Shown here: positions 43,293-57,649 of the stretch, piece after piece | Layout of the letters: every line of letters starts with the position of its first letter | How positions within the stretch are numbered: position 1 is the first letter of the stretch | NCBI GenBank assembly: GCA_964016885.1 | Contig: OZ024741.1 | Span: 121,954,001-122,018,000, forward strand | Length of the DNA stretch: 64,000 nucleotides | Origin: Eledone cirrhosa | Lineage: Eukaryota | Reading direction: 5' to 3' | Position numbers and translations under genes: made by a program | The notes under the pieces: model-generated | Databases searched by the model: none | The model's input: the letters and a program-made list of their open reading frames with translations, nothing else | What the model was told of the DNA's origin: nothing

Positions 43293-43960
43293 ATATATTG
43301 ATATATATGTTCAACCGACTTCATATCGTTCGTACTTCGCAGTACATTAACCAGAAACGCTTCATATATTGAATATTTCAAATATATAGGATTTCTTTAT
43401 GAATTATTTTATTAGGCATTAAACACAGTTACACCGTATTTGTTATAAGGGATTATATTACAATGTATGTACGTATGTATGTAAATGTGGGGACATGGAA
43501 ATACTCGGTTTGATGCCCGAGTGTGCGGTTAGCCCACCTGGAGTGAGAGACACCTGGTCATTGTTAGGATATCATTTTAGAAGAAGGAAAACTCTAACGT
43601 AAAACTTGTATCTCGATAGCTGCCATTGATGTTGACCTGATCCTCTTTTTGGATACCTGTCACCGTTAATCAGAGAGTGGGATCAGTCCAGGACAAGGCC
43701 TTCCTTCACTTAAAAAAGTACAGACAACACTTGATCTAAACGTCCTACACGAGTGTTACATGAGCACGGTTGGTAGTAGTTGAAAAGGGCCTTATTTGGC
43801 TGCAGCTTATTTAGGAAGGAATGTAAGTCCTCGAGAGCGCAAAATGTCAAGTTCGTGTCAGTCATATGTGAGAAAAGGATGAAGAAATGTCAATTCTCGA
43901 AAGCGAGCTGCCGCCATATATATATATATCTGTGCGCCTCCTAGAATTAACGTCACGCAC

Positions 43961-44010
<50 letters not shown>

Positions 44011-45277
44011 GTGTATGTGGAAAAATTGCAAAGAATTAAATGTTTTAAGAACTTTTATCTGTCATCACAATTTGTTTTATATATGTATATATATGTATAT
44101 ACATAATACATATAATTAATGCATTATAAAATACCTACTTCCCAGGTCATATATATATATAGATAGATCTTCAATGTCGTCCATATGGACATATGGCTGA
44201 TTAGTTGGTCCGATTCCCCGTGTTGGTAAATCGAGACATATCCGTACATATTTATATACCTAGCAATAAAGACACGCTTGAGGGAGGAGGGTTCTTATCT
44301 GAAGAAACGACAGCAGTAAAAGACTGGTGTTTTATTTATCGAACTTGGAAGGATAAAAAGACACAATTGACTACTGTGTGATTTGAACTCTGAGCGCAGA
44401 AAGATAGAATGAATATAGCGAAGCAATTTAACCGACGTTAAACCACCCTCTCACTACTCCTGGCAGATGGAGATGATATTTGAACGCAGAACACAGAGAA
44501 CCAGATAATGTCATCAGGTACCCGATGATACCCTTTAACAAATATCCCAATCTACTGTCCTAGAGAGGTTCATAAATTAACGACTTAGATAAGATGAAAA
44601 ACAAAATTGACCATGGCAAGATTTTAATTCAGGTTGAAGAAAGTCGGATCAAGTAGCAAGGTATTTAATCCAACGCTCTAACGACTTTATCAATTCGTTG
44701 TGATAATAGGTTACATTTCATTTTGATTATCGGTATATGTTTACAGAGGAGTTTTTAAAAGTTTATGGCATTCATGAGTTGAATATTTACCGGAAATAAT
44801 TTTTTTCCCCTTTACGTCTCTAAACTTTGGAATTAAATTTACGTAGATTTTTCAAATTACTTTGAGTCTAATTTAAAAGATCCTGATCCGAGTATGTTGC
44901 AGACGTAATATTACATATCCAAAGGCACCATATGTTTGTGGTTATATAACTATTGGTTTTGTTTTTTTCTTTAATGTCTATTTATTGCAATAGGCAGCAA
45001 ACTGGTAGAATACTTTGCATTATATATATATATATATATATATGGCGGAGCGTCGGCCAACATACTTTGTAGCATATAGTTAAGTCCTTACGTACTGAGT
45101 TCAAATTCCGCTGAGGTGAGTTTTGCCTTTCATCCTTACGGAGTCGATAAAATAGAGTACCAGTAACGCACCATGGTCGACTTGATTGACTTTCTCTTCC
45201 CCTTATATTGTTGGTCTTGTGCCTAAATGAGAAATCGTGGTCGATAAACAAAGTATCAATACTGAAGTTAATTTTTC

Positions 45278-45334
<57 letters not shown>

Positions 45335-45589
45335 GTTCGAAGTTCGAAACTACGTTTTTCCCTGCTACAGTTTCACAAGTCATAGTGACCCATAGAAGAG
45401 CCATGGGTACTGATTGTATCCTAACTAAACGATAAGGAATCATGATTGCGATCCTTATGCCAAAGCTAAAAATAATTATTTAGTTCTTTTAATTGCCCCG
45501 CTGAATGGCACCTTGGAAAATAGTTAGCAACTATACCCTTGAATTTACCAATGCCTTGTGTGTTTAATTTGATGTATATATATATGCAC

Positions 45590-45881
45590 ATTTTCCCTCT
45601 CCATCCTTCTCCATCCACCCACCCACCACCTCCTCTACACGCCTCACACCTTTTCTCCACTTGTTTTCATTTTAATTCTTTTTCCTCCATTTTAATTTTC
45701 CCCCCTTTATTTTAATGTCTTTGCATCACCCCCCTCACACCCTCTCAGAACCCTTTTCCTTCCAACCTGTCTCCTGATGAAGGGCTTATGCCCGAAACAT
45801 CGTCTCCTCCACTCTCAAGTGTGAACCTAATACCAAAACTATTCGTACTGCACTCCTTGTTTTTGTTTTGTTCCTTGCCAA
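45590..45881 (+). mobile_element. PLE-like pyrimidine-rich 3' UTR with decayed hammerhead (45774-45804), ending in (TA)n
   Basis: CTGATGA a gggc ttat gccc GAAA catcgTC; stem I not supported. Confidence 0.5.
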
Positions 45882-45918
45882 TATATATATATATCTATAT
45901 AATATATATATCTATATA

Positions 45919-45964
<46 letters not shown>

Positions 45965-45971
45965 ATAATAA

Positions 45972-46158
45972 TTGTTTCTACTTTAGGCACAAGGCCAGCA
46001 ATTACTCAGTGCATTACTGGTACTTTATTTTTATCGACCCCGTAATGATGAAAGGCAAAGTCAACCTCGGCGGGACTTGAACTCAGATCGTAAAGGGACG
46101 TAACTATGCTGGAAAGCATGGCGTCCGACCCTCTACCGATACTGCCAATTCACCGCCC
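45972..46158 (-). mobile_element. SINE family 1 with TSD
   Basis: Flanks tatataaggataataat / tatataaagataataat. Confidence 0.9.
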
Positions 46159-46380
46159 TTATATATAAAGATAATAATAATAGTGAGTAAATTCGGCTGC
46201 GATTAGCTGTTTTCGAAATCAATCTTCAGAAGCTGGCACGAAGCACTCAATGAGATGATATCGATAAATCGATAGATTATAGCTCAGAGTAATAGTAATA
46301 TGTTAGGGATGTGACATAGTGAAAATTGTAGCCGGAGAGATGTTGCCACAAAAGCCACTACATCAACGAAAATAGAAACA

Positions 46381-46518
<138 letters not shown>

Positions 46519-46544
46519 TGTATATATATATATATACATATATA

Positions 46545-48223
46545 CGCTCATCAGAAAAATTAAGAGAACGAACAAAAAAATCAACAAGCTGAAATACTGT
46601 CAGCAGCAACACATCAACTTGACTGCCATTTCATCACTAGAGATTAAAAAACATAACCTCCAAAACAACATAATGTCCCTCATCAACAATCAGAGAAGAG
46701 CTGAAGAGGCCTGGGCCATTGAGAAGATCAAACTCAATCCCAAAGTGTTCTTTTGATTTGCAAAAAAACACAAAATCACTGGCTCTACTCTTGGCCCTCT
46801 AATTGATGAAAATGGCACTCTTCAAGACAATGCTAAAACCATGGGTGAGATACTGCAGAAACAATACTGCTCTGTTTTCAGCAATCCTGATATGGCCGAT
46901 CTGGGCTGTATCGGCGATGTTACTCCCCATTACACCTTATCGGACATAACGTTTGGCGCCCTGATGTCTTGGCGGCAATAAAGGAAATCAAGCATAATTC
47001 AGCAGTAGGTCCCGATAGGTTCCCTGCTTGTGTCTTGAAGGCGTGTCAACACCAACTTGCTTCTCCTCTTGCCAATCTGTGGCGGAACTCACTGGATGCT
47101 GGATATGTGCCAGAAAACCTTCTATCCCAGTCTGTTGTCCCAGTTTTCAAAAAGGGAAACAAATCCCTTGCCGTGAATTACCGTCCAATCTCACTCACCT
47201 CTCATATCATTAAGGTATTTGAGCGAGTGGTGAGATCGCGAATGACCCACTTCCTTGAGAGTAACAATATGCTGAACTCCAACCAGCATGGATTCCGTAA
47301 TGGAAGGGATTGCCTGACGCAACTACTGCATCACTTTGATGACATTTTGAGAGCCTTGGGAGAGGGTTCCAACACTGATGTTATCTACCTTGATTTCAGC
47401 AAGGCCTTTGACAGGGTTGATCATAACATTCTACTGAGAAAGCTGTCCAATATTGGTGTCACTGGAAAGCTGCTGCAGTGGATCAAGAGCTTCCTGTCAA
47501 ACAGAACCCAACATGTTGTAGTTGAGGGAGTCAAATCAAGCCCAGCCAAAGTCAGTAGTGGAGTCCCACAAGGCACTGTGTTGGGCCCACTTCTCTTCAT
47601 CATCTATATTAATGACATCACTGACATCATCAAACACAGCAGCATTAAAATTTTCGCTGATGATTCCAAGCTCCAAAAGGTCATCAATGGCGTGGATGAC
47701 CGGATAAGCCTTCAGTCAGACCTACTGGCTGTTACCCAATGGGCAGAAAAGAACAACATGTTACTGAACGAAGACAAATTCGAACTGATCCACTTTGGAA
47801 AAGAGGATGCTCTGAAACTCCCGTACTCCCTTCCCTCCGGGGAAACTCTCGTGGCATCTAACAACATCAGAGACTTGGGAGTAACCGTGGACAGCAACAT
47901 AAGCTGGACCACGCATATAAGCAGCAAAGTTGACATGGCCCGCAGAATGTGTTCCTGGATCCTCAGAACCTTCCAGTCGAGAGATTCCCACACCATTATC
48001 CTTCTCTTCTCTACTTTTGCCCGACCACACCTTGAATATTGTTGTCCACTGTGGTCTCCCCACACGAAACAAAGTATCATGAAACTCCGCAAACAGTAAT
48101 TCTCTTCTCGAATGGGCCATGGTGCCCAAATCCTGAATTGAAAGACTTCGCCAGGTGGTGCTATTAAGTTAGACATGGCCTGGGCCAATACTGGCCAAAA
48201 CATTTCAAAGTTATTCAAAGTTA
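46545..48223 (+). mobile_element. CR1/L2-superfamily LINE, 5'-truncated, frameshifted, probably internally deleted near the 3' end
   Basis: NPKVFF linker, then RT ORF 46969-48099. Similarity stops abruptly after [10 protein letters not shown]; the element ends in a tandem ttcaaagtta tail. Confidence 0.85.
46969..48099 (+). pseudogene. Non-LTR reverse transcriptase domain
   Basis: NYRPISLTS, QHGFR, YLDFSKAFD, GVPQGTVLGPLLF, FADD, RDLGV motifs. Confidence 0.93.
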
Positions 48224-48656
48224 CATATATGTATATATATATATATACATATATGTATATATATATATATACATATATGTATATATATATATATACATAT
48301 ATGTATATATATATATACATATATGTATATATATATACATATATGTATATATATATACATATATGTATATATATATATATATACATATATGTATATATAT
48401 GTATATATATATATATATATACATATATGTATATATATATATATATATACATATATGTATATATATATATATATATACATACATATATGTATATATATAT
48501 ATATATATACACATATATGTATATATATATATATTTATATATATACATATATGTGTATATATATATATATATATATACACATATATGTATATATATATAT
48601 ATATATACATATATGTGTATATATATATATATATACATATATGTATATATATATAT

Positions 48657-48975
<319 letters not shown>

Positions 48976-48992
48976 CGTGTTATTATTTTTTT

Positions 48993-49099
48993 ATCCCGCC
49001 GAGGTTAACTTTGCCTATCATCCTTATGGGGTCGATAAAATAAAGTACCAGTAATGTACTGGGTAATTGCTGGCCTTGTGCCTAAAGTAGAAACAGTTA
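48993..49099 (+). mobile_element. 5'-truncated SINE family 1 with TSD
   Basis: gttattatttttttat on both sides. Confidence 0.85.
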
Positions 49100-49237
49100 T
49101 TATTTTTTTATACATTTCCTACGTCCTTTTACGTTCTCTGCGGCTCTTTCTACGCTTCCTCTTACATCTTTATCCGGAGATTTAACCATCTGCATTGTTG
49201 AGGCTTCCAAAACGACAATTTTTATTATTCCATGATG

Positions 49238-49288
<51 letters not shown>

Positions 49289-49615
49289 GGCTTTATTCCA
49301 AGCCCAGGGCTTTCCTAATGATTTCCTTGGAATGAAACAGTTCTAGTCTTATAGAAGCCATTTCTATATCAAATATTTATATTTTGCCGATTGAACCCGG
49401 GATACACACACACACACGCGCACACATAAATATATATACGCATGTGCATGTGTGCGCGTGAATCAGTGTCTATGTTTACGTTTGTTTCTGCCTTCACTAA
49501 ACGGTTCGACAAATCAAGAGACCGATATGATCGATATGATCGACTACAACAAGCTGGTGCTCCCAGCGTGACCACATTCTAGCGACTAAAATATTAAAAT
49601 AATAAAACCAGCAAT

Positions 49616-49752
49616 GACAACGATGCAGAAAATCACTCCATCTTCACGATCCTAAAAGCCAAAAAATAAAAGACACAAAAAAAACAAAACAAAAAAAAAC
49701 AAAAAAGACAACGATGCAGAAAATCACTCCATCTTCACGAACCTAAAAGCAA
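49616..49752. repeat. Direct duplication of ~45 bp separated by A-rich spacer
   Basis: gacaacgatgcagaaaatcactccatcttcacga.cctaaaagc occurs twice. Confidence 0.85.
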
Positions 49753-50124
49753 AAAAAGACACTTTACAACAAAAAAACAACAAAAAAAAACAAAAAAAAA
49801 AAACAATGGGAATATCAACATTTTTAGATTACAAAAGAACTACTGTTTACATAACATCTATTTAAAATATAAACTTGTTTAAAACTCATGGGAATATTTC
49901 TTTTGAGTTTATCAAATAAATTTAACTTCAATTAACTGATATTATAAGGTCAACATTTAGATACGAATTAAAATGTCAAACAAGGAGAGTTATGTGCAAA
50001 TTTACTTGTTCATCAGCTAGACAGGTGGTGGTGGCACGTTAATTTATTTGGGTGTGGTGAAGTCATTGTGCAGATGTATTTTACACGCCCACATCCACAC
50101 TCACAAAGATATATATCTTTATGA

Positions 50125-50248
<124 letters not shown>

Positions 50249-50396
50249 TTGTGAGTGTGGATGTGGGCGTGTGGCTTAAATACATCTGCACAATGACTTC
50301 ACCACACCCAAATAATATGTATATGTATGTATGTGTGTGTATGCATGTGTGTGTATATATAGTCGCGTACGTACGTGTGCTTAGATATATGTGTGC

Positions 50397-50442
<46 letters not shown>

Positions 50443-50517
50443 TTCGTGTGTATGTATGTACGTATGCATGTGCCTTTGCCTGTACGTATTCATATATACA
50501 AGTTAATATAAATTAAT

Positions 50518-50701
50518 TGTTTCTACTTTAGGCACAAGGCCAGCAATTATCCAGTGCATTACTGGTACTTTATTTTATCGACCCCGTAAGGATGAAAGGC
50601 AAAGTCAACCTCGGCGGGATTTGAACTCAGATCGTAAAGGGACGTAACTATGCTGGAAAGCATGGCGTCCGACCCTCTACCGATACTGCCAATCCACCGC
50701 C
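50518..50701 (-). mobile_element. SINE family 1, near-consensus, with 19-bp TSD
   Basis: caagttaatataaattaat at 50499-50517 and 50702-50720. Confidence 0.92.
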
Positions 50702-50976
50702 CAAGTTAATATAAATTAATATATGATAAACACATAAGTGTTTGTATTGTAAATGACCAAGTTAGCTAGAATGAAATAAACTAATTCAAATAAATATAGT
50801 TTGCCTGTCTCGATTTAAAAATTGCCAATATGGGTTTGTTTTTATTGATTTATTATTTTAAATCGAGACAGGCAAACTATATTTATTTGAATTAGTTTAT
50901 TTCATTCTAGCTAACTTGGTCATTTACAATACAAACACTTATGTGTTTATCATATATTAATTTATAATAACTTGTA
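50702..50976. repeat. Fold-back inverted repeat, ~120-bp arms, ~36-bp spacer
   Basis: 50702-50820 is the reverse complement of ~50856-50974. Confidence 0.9.
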
Positions 50977-51633
50977 TTTCACGGCTCAGAAATGCTTCTT
51001 TCCTTGAGCTAATTAATTGTAAAGGACTGTTTGAGTTTATAACTCTAAATATAATATAGTATTCATATATATATATTTGTTTATATGTATGTGTGCGTAC
51101 GTGCGAACCTATGTTTGTTTTCTTTTTCTCTAGTGTTAATTTATATTGATAACCCCTCCCTCTTACTTTCTCTTTGATTTAAACAAAATATTTTTCTTTC
51201 TCATATATTGTTTCATTTTCATGTATCGAATATGACACTCTTTTTGACTATTACACTCCCTTCCCTTTTTATCTTCCACATATAAATGATCGCGCGTGTG
51301 TGTTTATACGCGTGCTTTCATACTTGTATGTGTATATATTCAATACCTAAATCTGGATGTACATTATTTTTCAACTTATATTATATACGTATTGGTCACA
51401 CATACACTATTATGCTTGCCCTCATATACGCACTTACGCAAACACACATTTTCACTATACACATGCATTTGTACATACACACATATGTACATTTGTGAGT
51501 GAATCTATACAGATTTATACACATACCCTAACTATATTTCCTTATTTTTTTATATATCTCTTGCTTTGTTTTTTTTTGCCCGTTAAACTCTTGCCTTTCT
51601 TGAGGAGATTTTTCAAATATTTCACTGTTTTAA

Positions 51634-51710
51634 ATTGCCTTGTCCGATGAACGAATGAGGACGTTTTTCGTATTCGTCTTATTCGGGAAACCTCTGGCAA
51701 TGAGGTAATT
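51634..51710 (+). ncRNA. Type I hammerhead motif (CCGAUGA core; possible loop III pseudoknot)
   Basis: CCGAUGA a cgaaugaggacg...cgucuuauucg g GAAA ccuc uggcaau gagg UA; upstream auugcc is complementary to loop III ggcaau. Confidence 0.65.
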
Positions 51711-51733
51711 ATATTGTATTGTTTATTATACAT

Positions 51734-51777
<44 letters not shown>

Positions 51778-51785
<8 letters not shown>

Positions 51786-52383
51786 CATGAGAAGAAAGAA
51801 GAATATTGCGTGGTTGCACATGGGTTACATATGATAAAATTAGTCCCGCGTCAGTGATTTGCCAACCATCATTGATATTTCATCGCATTAAAAATCATAT
51901 ACCTCAGGTTGGTGCGAGCAATAACTAAAAAAAGCTATTGGGACAAGTGAATCGCGTAAAGCGAGTGAGACAAGTAAACAACATAGAAGGATAAAAGCAA
52001 ACCTAAGATAGGAAAATAAACAAGCAACATAGTTATCCGGTCAGCATAAGCTGGGTGGATTTCATGAGCGATGGAGATACAGACCGTCCGACGTGAGTGA
52101 GATGTGAGCAAGAAAAGACCCCACTACTAGCCAAACGGGAGGAAGTGAGAAGGGGAGAAATAGAGAGTGAGTGAGTGGAAGTGCGAGGAAGAGGTCAGTT
52201 GAGAGAAAGTGTAACTGACAGAGGGGGCGAAAGAAGGTGAGAGAAAGAGAGAAAACGGGGAAGCAGTAAGAGAGAAACAGACAAACGCATCCGAGGTAAA
52301 TATATATAAAAAACATGAGAAGAAAGAAGAATACTGCGTGGTTGCACATGGGTTACATATGATAAAATTAGTCCCTCGTCAGT

Positions 52384-52387
<4 letters not shown>
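51778..52387 (-). mobile_element. PLE-like 3' region with direct terminal repeat (pseudo-LTR) in (TA)n
   Basis: ~80-bp direct repeat (51781-51857 and ~52309-52385), pyrimidine-rich interior on the minus strand. Confidence 0.6.
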
Positions 52388-52427
<40 letters not shown>

Positions 52428-52479
52428 CATATCTTTTTGTTGTGTGTGTATGTATATGCATGTATATGTGTGTATGCAC

Positions 52480-52543
<64 letters not shown>

Positions 52544-52581
52544 AATAAATAATAACAGGTAGACATCATAAAAGGTAATTT

Positions 52582-52705
52582 ATTCTGTGTGCTTACAGAT
52601 GTTTCCACGGTGGTTATACAGCCTAGTTATGCTATGTGCAAATTTATAACTATTTGCAAAACTCAATTATCAAATGCTGTGACCACTGTATCATCAGAGC
52701 AGAAT
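52582..52705 (-). ncRNA. Type I hammerhead motif with long stem II, in a PLE-like 3' end (~52540-52950)
   Basis: auucugcu CUGAUGA uacagugguc acagc...gcugu auaaccaccgug GAAA caucug UA agcacagaau. Confidence 0.75.
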
Positions 52706-53045
52706 GGTTTAAATGTACAATGTAAATACCCTTAAGTGAGGTTATTGGGGAAGATAGAGTAGAAAAGGAAGAGAGAAAAGAAGGGGAGGGGGAGAGAGAG
52801 AGAGAGAGGGGGAATGGATAGAGAGGGAGAGATAGAGAGGGGACAGACGAGAGCTATGGGATGGGTGTAAATTGCACTAAGTTTCCATTTATAAGCATGG
52901 TATTGTGCTGTAGTGTGGGGGAAGAGAAAGTGGTTAGCTAGAAAGCCATGTTGTGTGTGTATGTATATACATATATATATATATATGTATATACATACAC
53001 ACACAACAAAAAGATATGTATATATATCCACACGGCGCACGGATT

Positions 53046-53081
<36 letters not shown>

Positions 53082-53096
53082 GGTGTGTGTGTGTGT

Positions 53097-53172
<76 letters not shown>

Positions 53173-53514
53173 GTGTGCGTGTGCTTGTGTGTGCATGTGA
53201 CGTTAATTCTAGAAGGCGCACAGATGTAATATATGCGCAAATGTCCATGTTTTAGACAATACACATGTTTAGTCACGCATTGAAAAGTGGACAATTATTT
53301 CCTCTGTGGTCAGAGAACTGAGATCGACTTGAATAGTTTTACCGTTTACATCCACTTCATTGAAAGGCGGTTACTTATTTTCGTGACCACAGCGAGAATT
53401 ATAGTTTATATCTATATAGAGCGTAAACAAGCGCAAACTCAACTTAATCTATCGAATTTGCATAAACCTGCAAGTGTTCACAATGTGAATTGATTAATTG
53501 ACATTTTCAATAAC

Positions 53515-53810
53515 AAACTGTCTCTGGAATACCACATGGGACACCTTCACTAGCAGCAAACTGGTGCGTTCGGCTGCCCCGCCAGGCCGAATAGGGCAAA
53601 TTGTCAAAGTATCGGTCGCTCTCTGATAGGTTTGTAGTTGAGCCTGAGGCAGTAGAAATTTTCTGTGTTCTTGGACCACGGACAACACCGCTGCGCTATC
53701 GAAGCGGTGTTGGCTACCCACAGATGCGAGCTCTGCGAGGCGGATTGGCTTTTCAATCCTCCGTGACAAGCTCTTCTCCATCCTGTCCGCCAGGACCACG
53801 AGGCATACTG
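53515..53810 (+). mobile_element. Decayed CRE/R2-like non-LTR restriction-like endonuclease remnant
   Basis: KYRSLSDRFVVEPEAVEIFCVLGP resembles the KY...F.P.AVE..G..GP motif of CRE-clade elements. Confidence 0.55.
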
Positions 53811-53904
53811 ACCCTTAAGGTTCATTTATAGTGGTGGTATGTTGAATAGATTCAAAGAAACCACAAAATACCGCCAACTCTTCCCTTATTCTACATTTTC
53901 GCAT

Positions 53905-54120
53905 ACACGATTGTGAGTTCGATTTTCGGACTGGGCTTTGCATTGTGATCTTGAGCAAAACACTTTATTTCACTCAGTTCCAGTTCACTCGGCCGTAGAA
54001 ATGAGTTGCGACGTCACTGGTGCCAAGCTGTATCCGCCTCTGTCTTTCCCTCGGACAAGATCAGTGCCGCAGAGAGGGGAGGGTGGTATGCATGGGCGAC
54101 TGCTGGACTTGTGCCTCGTG
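53905..54120 (+). mobile_element. SINE family 2
   Basis: gattgtgagttcgatt..., cttgagcaaaacactttatttcac, gtagaaatgagttgcgacg; matches 11468-11612. Confidence 0.7.
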
Positions 54121-54494
54121 GGGTGAGGGTGGCAAATTCCATGGTCATTCGTGACCGAAGTGGGGTTTTTACCAGCATTCTACATTATAAAATTGCGTAT
54201 TTTCAAATGTTGACACTATACACACTGATACTCTGATTATAACATGTAGAATTAGGGTCAGCGTCTTCTAATGATGCTATCGAATATGTATAACAGAGCA
54301 AGCGTTAGCAAAGAAAATTAATCAATTAACAAATGAATTGATGCTATTACTACACCGAGTTGAGTTAAACAGATATATATTAAATGTACGAATATTATTT
54401 CTAGTAAACACACACTTGTAACCTAGCTGTGAAAAAGACTATAGAGAAAATATACTTACACACACAAATACTCTCTCACCCTGTCTTTCACACA

Positions 54495-54606
<112 letters not shown>

Positions 54607-55149
54607 ACAGGCACACACTCATATATATATGATATATATACACACAGACACACACATATATATTTGTGAGTGTGTGTGTTTAGGTTGTTATGTGATATGG
54701 GTTAAATATCTAAATAACAATTTCACAGACAGGAAATTTGCATTTAATTCAGTTTCGTTGGATGATGAACCAGAATAAAAAAAATATCATAAACACAAAA
54801 AATATAAGCAGACACAATTAGAATTACATTTTATTCACACAGCGTATGCCATTATTATCCATGTCACCGACCCTACATGGAACCTGTGCTTCTAACATTT
54901 ACATTACTATAAATGGTATGTAAAGGTAACGAATTAGCAGAGTCGTTAGAACGTTGAATAGTTTGCTTCGTGTTATTCGTTCCGGCTTTCTGTGTTCAAA
55001 TCCTCCCCAGGGTTTAGTTTTTTTTTTTATTTCATTCTTCCGGGATAGATAAGATAAAATATTAGTGAAGTAATAAAATCGATATAACAAATTTCCTTTC
55101 CCACATATTACTGACGTTGTACTAAAATTGGAAAACATTGGAAAACATT

Positions 55150-56800
55150 TTGGAGGGTGAATTGGTGGCAGAATTGGTATATTTATTACGGTATTTTGTT
55201 ACAGCTCCTTGCGTTATAAATTCAAATTGCACCAAGGACTTTCATCCTTACGGGGTCGACAAAATAAAGTACTAGTAACGCACTGGGGTCGATTCAATAT
55301 ACTTTCCCCTCCCTCAAAATTGTTGGCCATGTGCCTAAATCAGAAACCATTATTGAGGGTGGTGGGTTGGCAGTATCGGTAGAGCATCAGACAACATGAT
55401 TTGCAGCATATAGTTACGGCCCATTACGTTCTGAGTCCAACTGCCGCCGAGGTTAGCTTTGCCTTTCATCCTTCTGTTGTCGAGAAAATGAAATATCAGT
55501 CAAGCACTGAGGTTGATTTAACCGATTTCCCTTTCCCTTCATATTGCTGGCCATGGGCCTAAATCAGAAACCAGGTGGATTGGAAGTATCGGTAGAGGAT
55601 AAGACACCATTCTTTGCAGCAAAGAGTTACGACCCTTTATGGTCTGTGTTCAAATCCCGCCGAGGTTAACTTTGCCTTTCATCTTTACGGGGTCGATAAA
55701 ATAAAGTACCAGTAATACACTGGGATAATTGCTGGCCTTGTGCCAAAAGTAGAAACAATTATTATTCATGACTACAGGGTTGTACATTAGCAGAATCGTT
55801 AGAGCGACGGGCAAAATGTTCAACAGTAATTAGTTACAGCTCTTTGTATTCTGAGTTCAAATCCTTCCGATGTCAAATATGTTTTTCATCCTTCCAGGGT
55901 CAACAAAATGAAGTACCAGCCACGTACTGGTTTCGATAAATCCATTTTCTTTCTCACTACAATTTGTTGACCTCATGCCAAAATTAGAAATCAATATTAT
56001 TGATGACAACTTCCCTACATAGAAACTATATTTTGAACATTTACATAATTATAATCTGATTTAGATACAAGGCCAACAATTTTGGGAGAGGAGCGATTCG
56101 ACTAAATCGACCCCAGTGTCTCAATGGTACTTTATTTCACCGAGCCCATAAGGATAAAAAGCAAAGCTAACCTCGGAAGGATGTGAACTCAGAACCCAAA
56201 GGAACGTAACTATATGCTGCAAAGCATGTTGTCCGACGCTCTACAGTTTGTGCTAAATCACCGTCCTTTATATTACTCTAATGGGATCGTAATGGTGGCG
56301 AAGTGGTAGAGTCGTTAAAACGTTGGTTGAATTGCTTCGCGACAATTATTCCATCTTTCTGTGTCCGATGCTGTTGTCCGATGCTGCCGATCCACCACCT
56401 GTTAAATTACTATAATGATCTCTGAATTACGTACAAGGTCAATCATTTTGAGGGGGCGGATAATCAATTAGATCGACCCTAGTGCGTTACTGATACTTTA
56501 TTTTATAGACCCCCGTAAGGATGAAAGACAAAATTAACCTCAGCGGGATTTCAACTCTGAATGTAGAGGGACTTACCTATATGCTGCAAAGCATGTTACC
56601 AGACGCTCTACCATTTGTGCTAAATCACCGCTCTTTACATTACTCCAATGGGACCGTAATGGTGGCGAAGTGGCAGAGTTGTTAGAACATCGGTTAAATT
56701 GCTTCGCGATAATTATTCCACCTTTCTGCGCTCTGAGTTCAAATCAAGCAGTAGTTAATTGTGTATTTTTATTCTTCCGAGTTCGATAAATAAACACCAG
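55150..56800. mobile_element. Dense SINE family 1 cluster (about 8 copies, both strands, including a ~360-bp tandem duplication)
   Basis: Repeated heads/bodies; 56100-56370 resembles 56470-56735. Confidence 0.8.
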
Positions 56801-57259
56801 TCCTATACTGCTGTCGTTTCTTCCTTTATCTACCTTTCTCACGACATATATTCTCTTTCATTCTATGTTCTCCTCTCCTACTTTCACTGGAAGAGATCGG
56901 ATATTTTCGATGGATTTCACCAAGTTTATAACGCATAAACATACATTATATCACGGTGGGGCACTAGAACCCCACCAGGAGTTCGTGGTCCATGAAGGGA
57001 TAGATATGAGGTGTCGAAAAATAGGATCGGAAGGAATCATTATGTTAAATATCGTGTTGTGACTCACCAGTCCGAAGAGCAGATCGATAATGGAGTCGGA
57101 TCCATAACTTATTTGGGTGACCTTGAGCCAAACCTCTGCGAAACGCGCATAACAGGTCGATACACAATAAAAAAAACTAACTACATGTAAACGAAACTTC
57201 ATCGTTCTTCTTTATATATATACATATATATTTATATAACAGGTCCATGTTGACATCTC

Positions 57260-57311
<52 letters not shown>

Positions 57312-57328
57312 ATGTGTGTGTATGTATG

Positions 57329-57533
57329 TCAAAGGTAAACAGAACTAACAACACAATTGGTATAGTATATGGAAGGAATATATTAGGTTAACGCAGGAAG
57401 AGGGTCTTAATGTATCGGATGCTAGTCCTTCATCAGAAGAATGAATGAGAAATAAGATAGATTGAAGGGGGGAATTGGAAAAAATGTCTTTAGATATAAA
57501 TAACAGGTCCATTCATATTGATATCTCTTGGAT
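57329..57533 (-). mobile_element. PLE pseudo-LTR copy with mutated hammerhead (GAUA for GAAA)
   Basis: Reverse-complement homolog of 62079-62300; abuts (TG)n. Confidence 0.75.
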
Positions 57534-57649
57534 AGAGATGCCTATGACGCCTAGTAGACAACTGATGACGGCTAATCTTAACTTTTAATTTCTTACTTTT
57601 CATTATACTTAATTGCAACAACACAGCTCGCTATTTTTGATTTATATAT

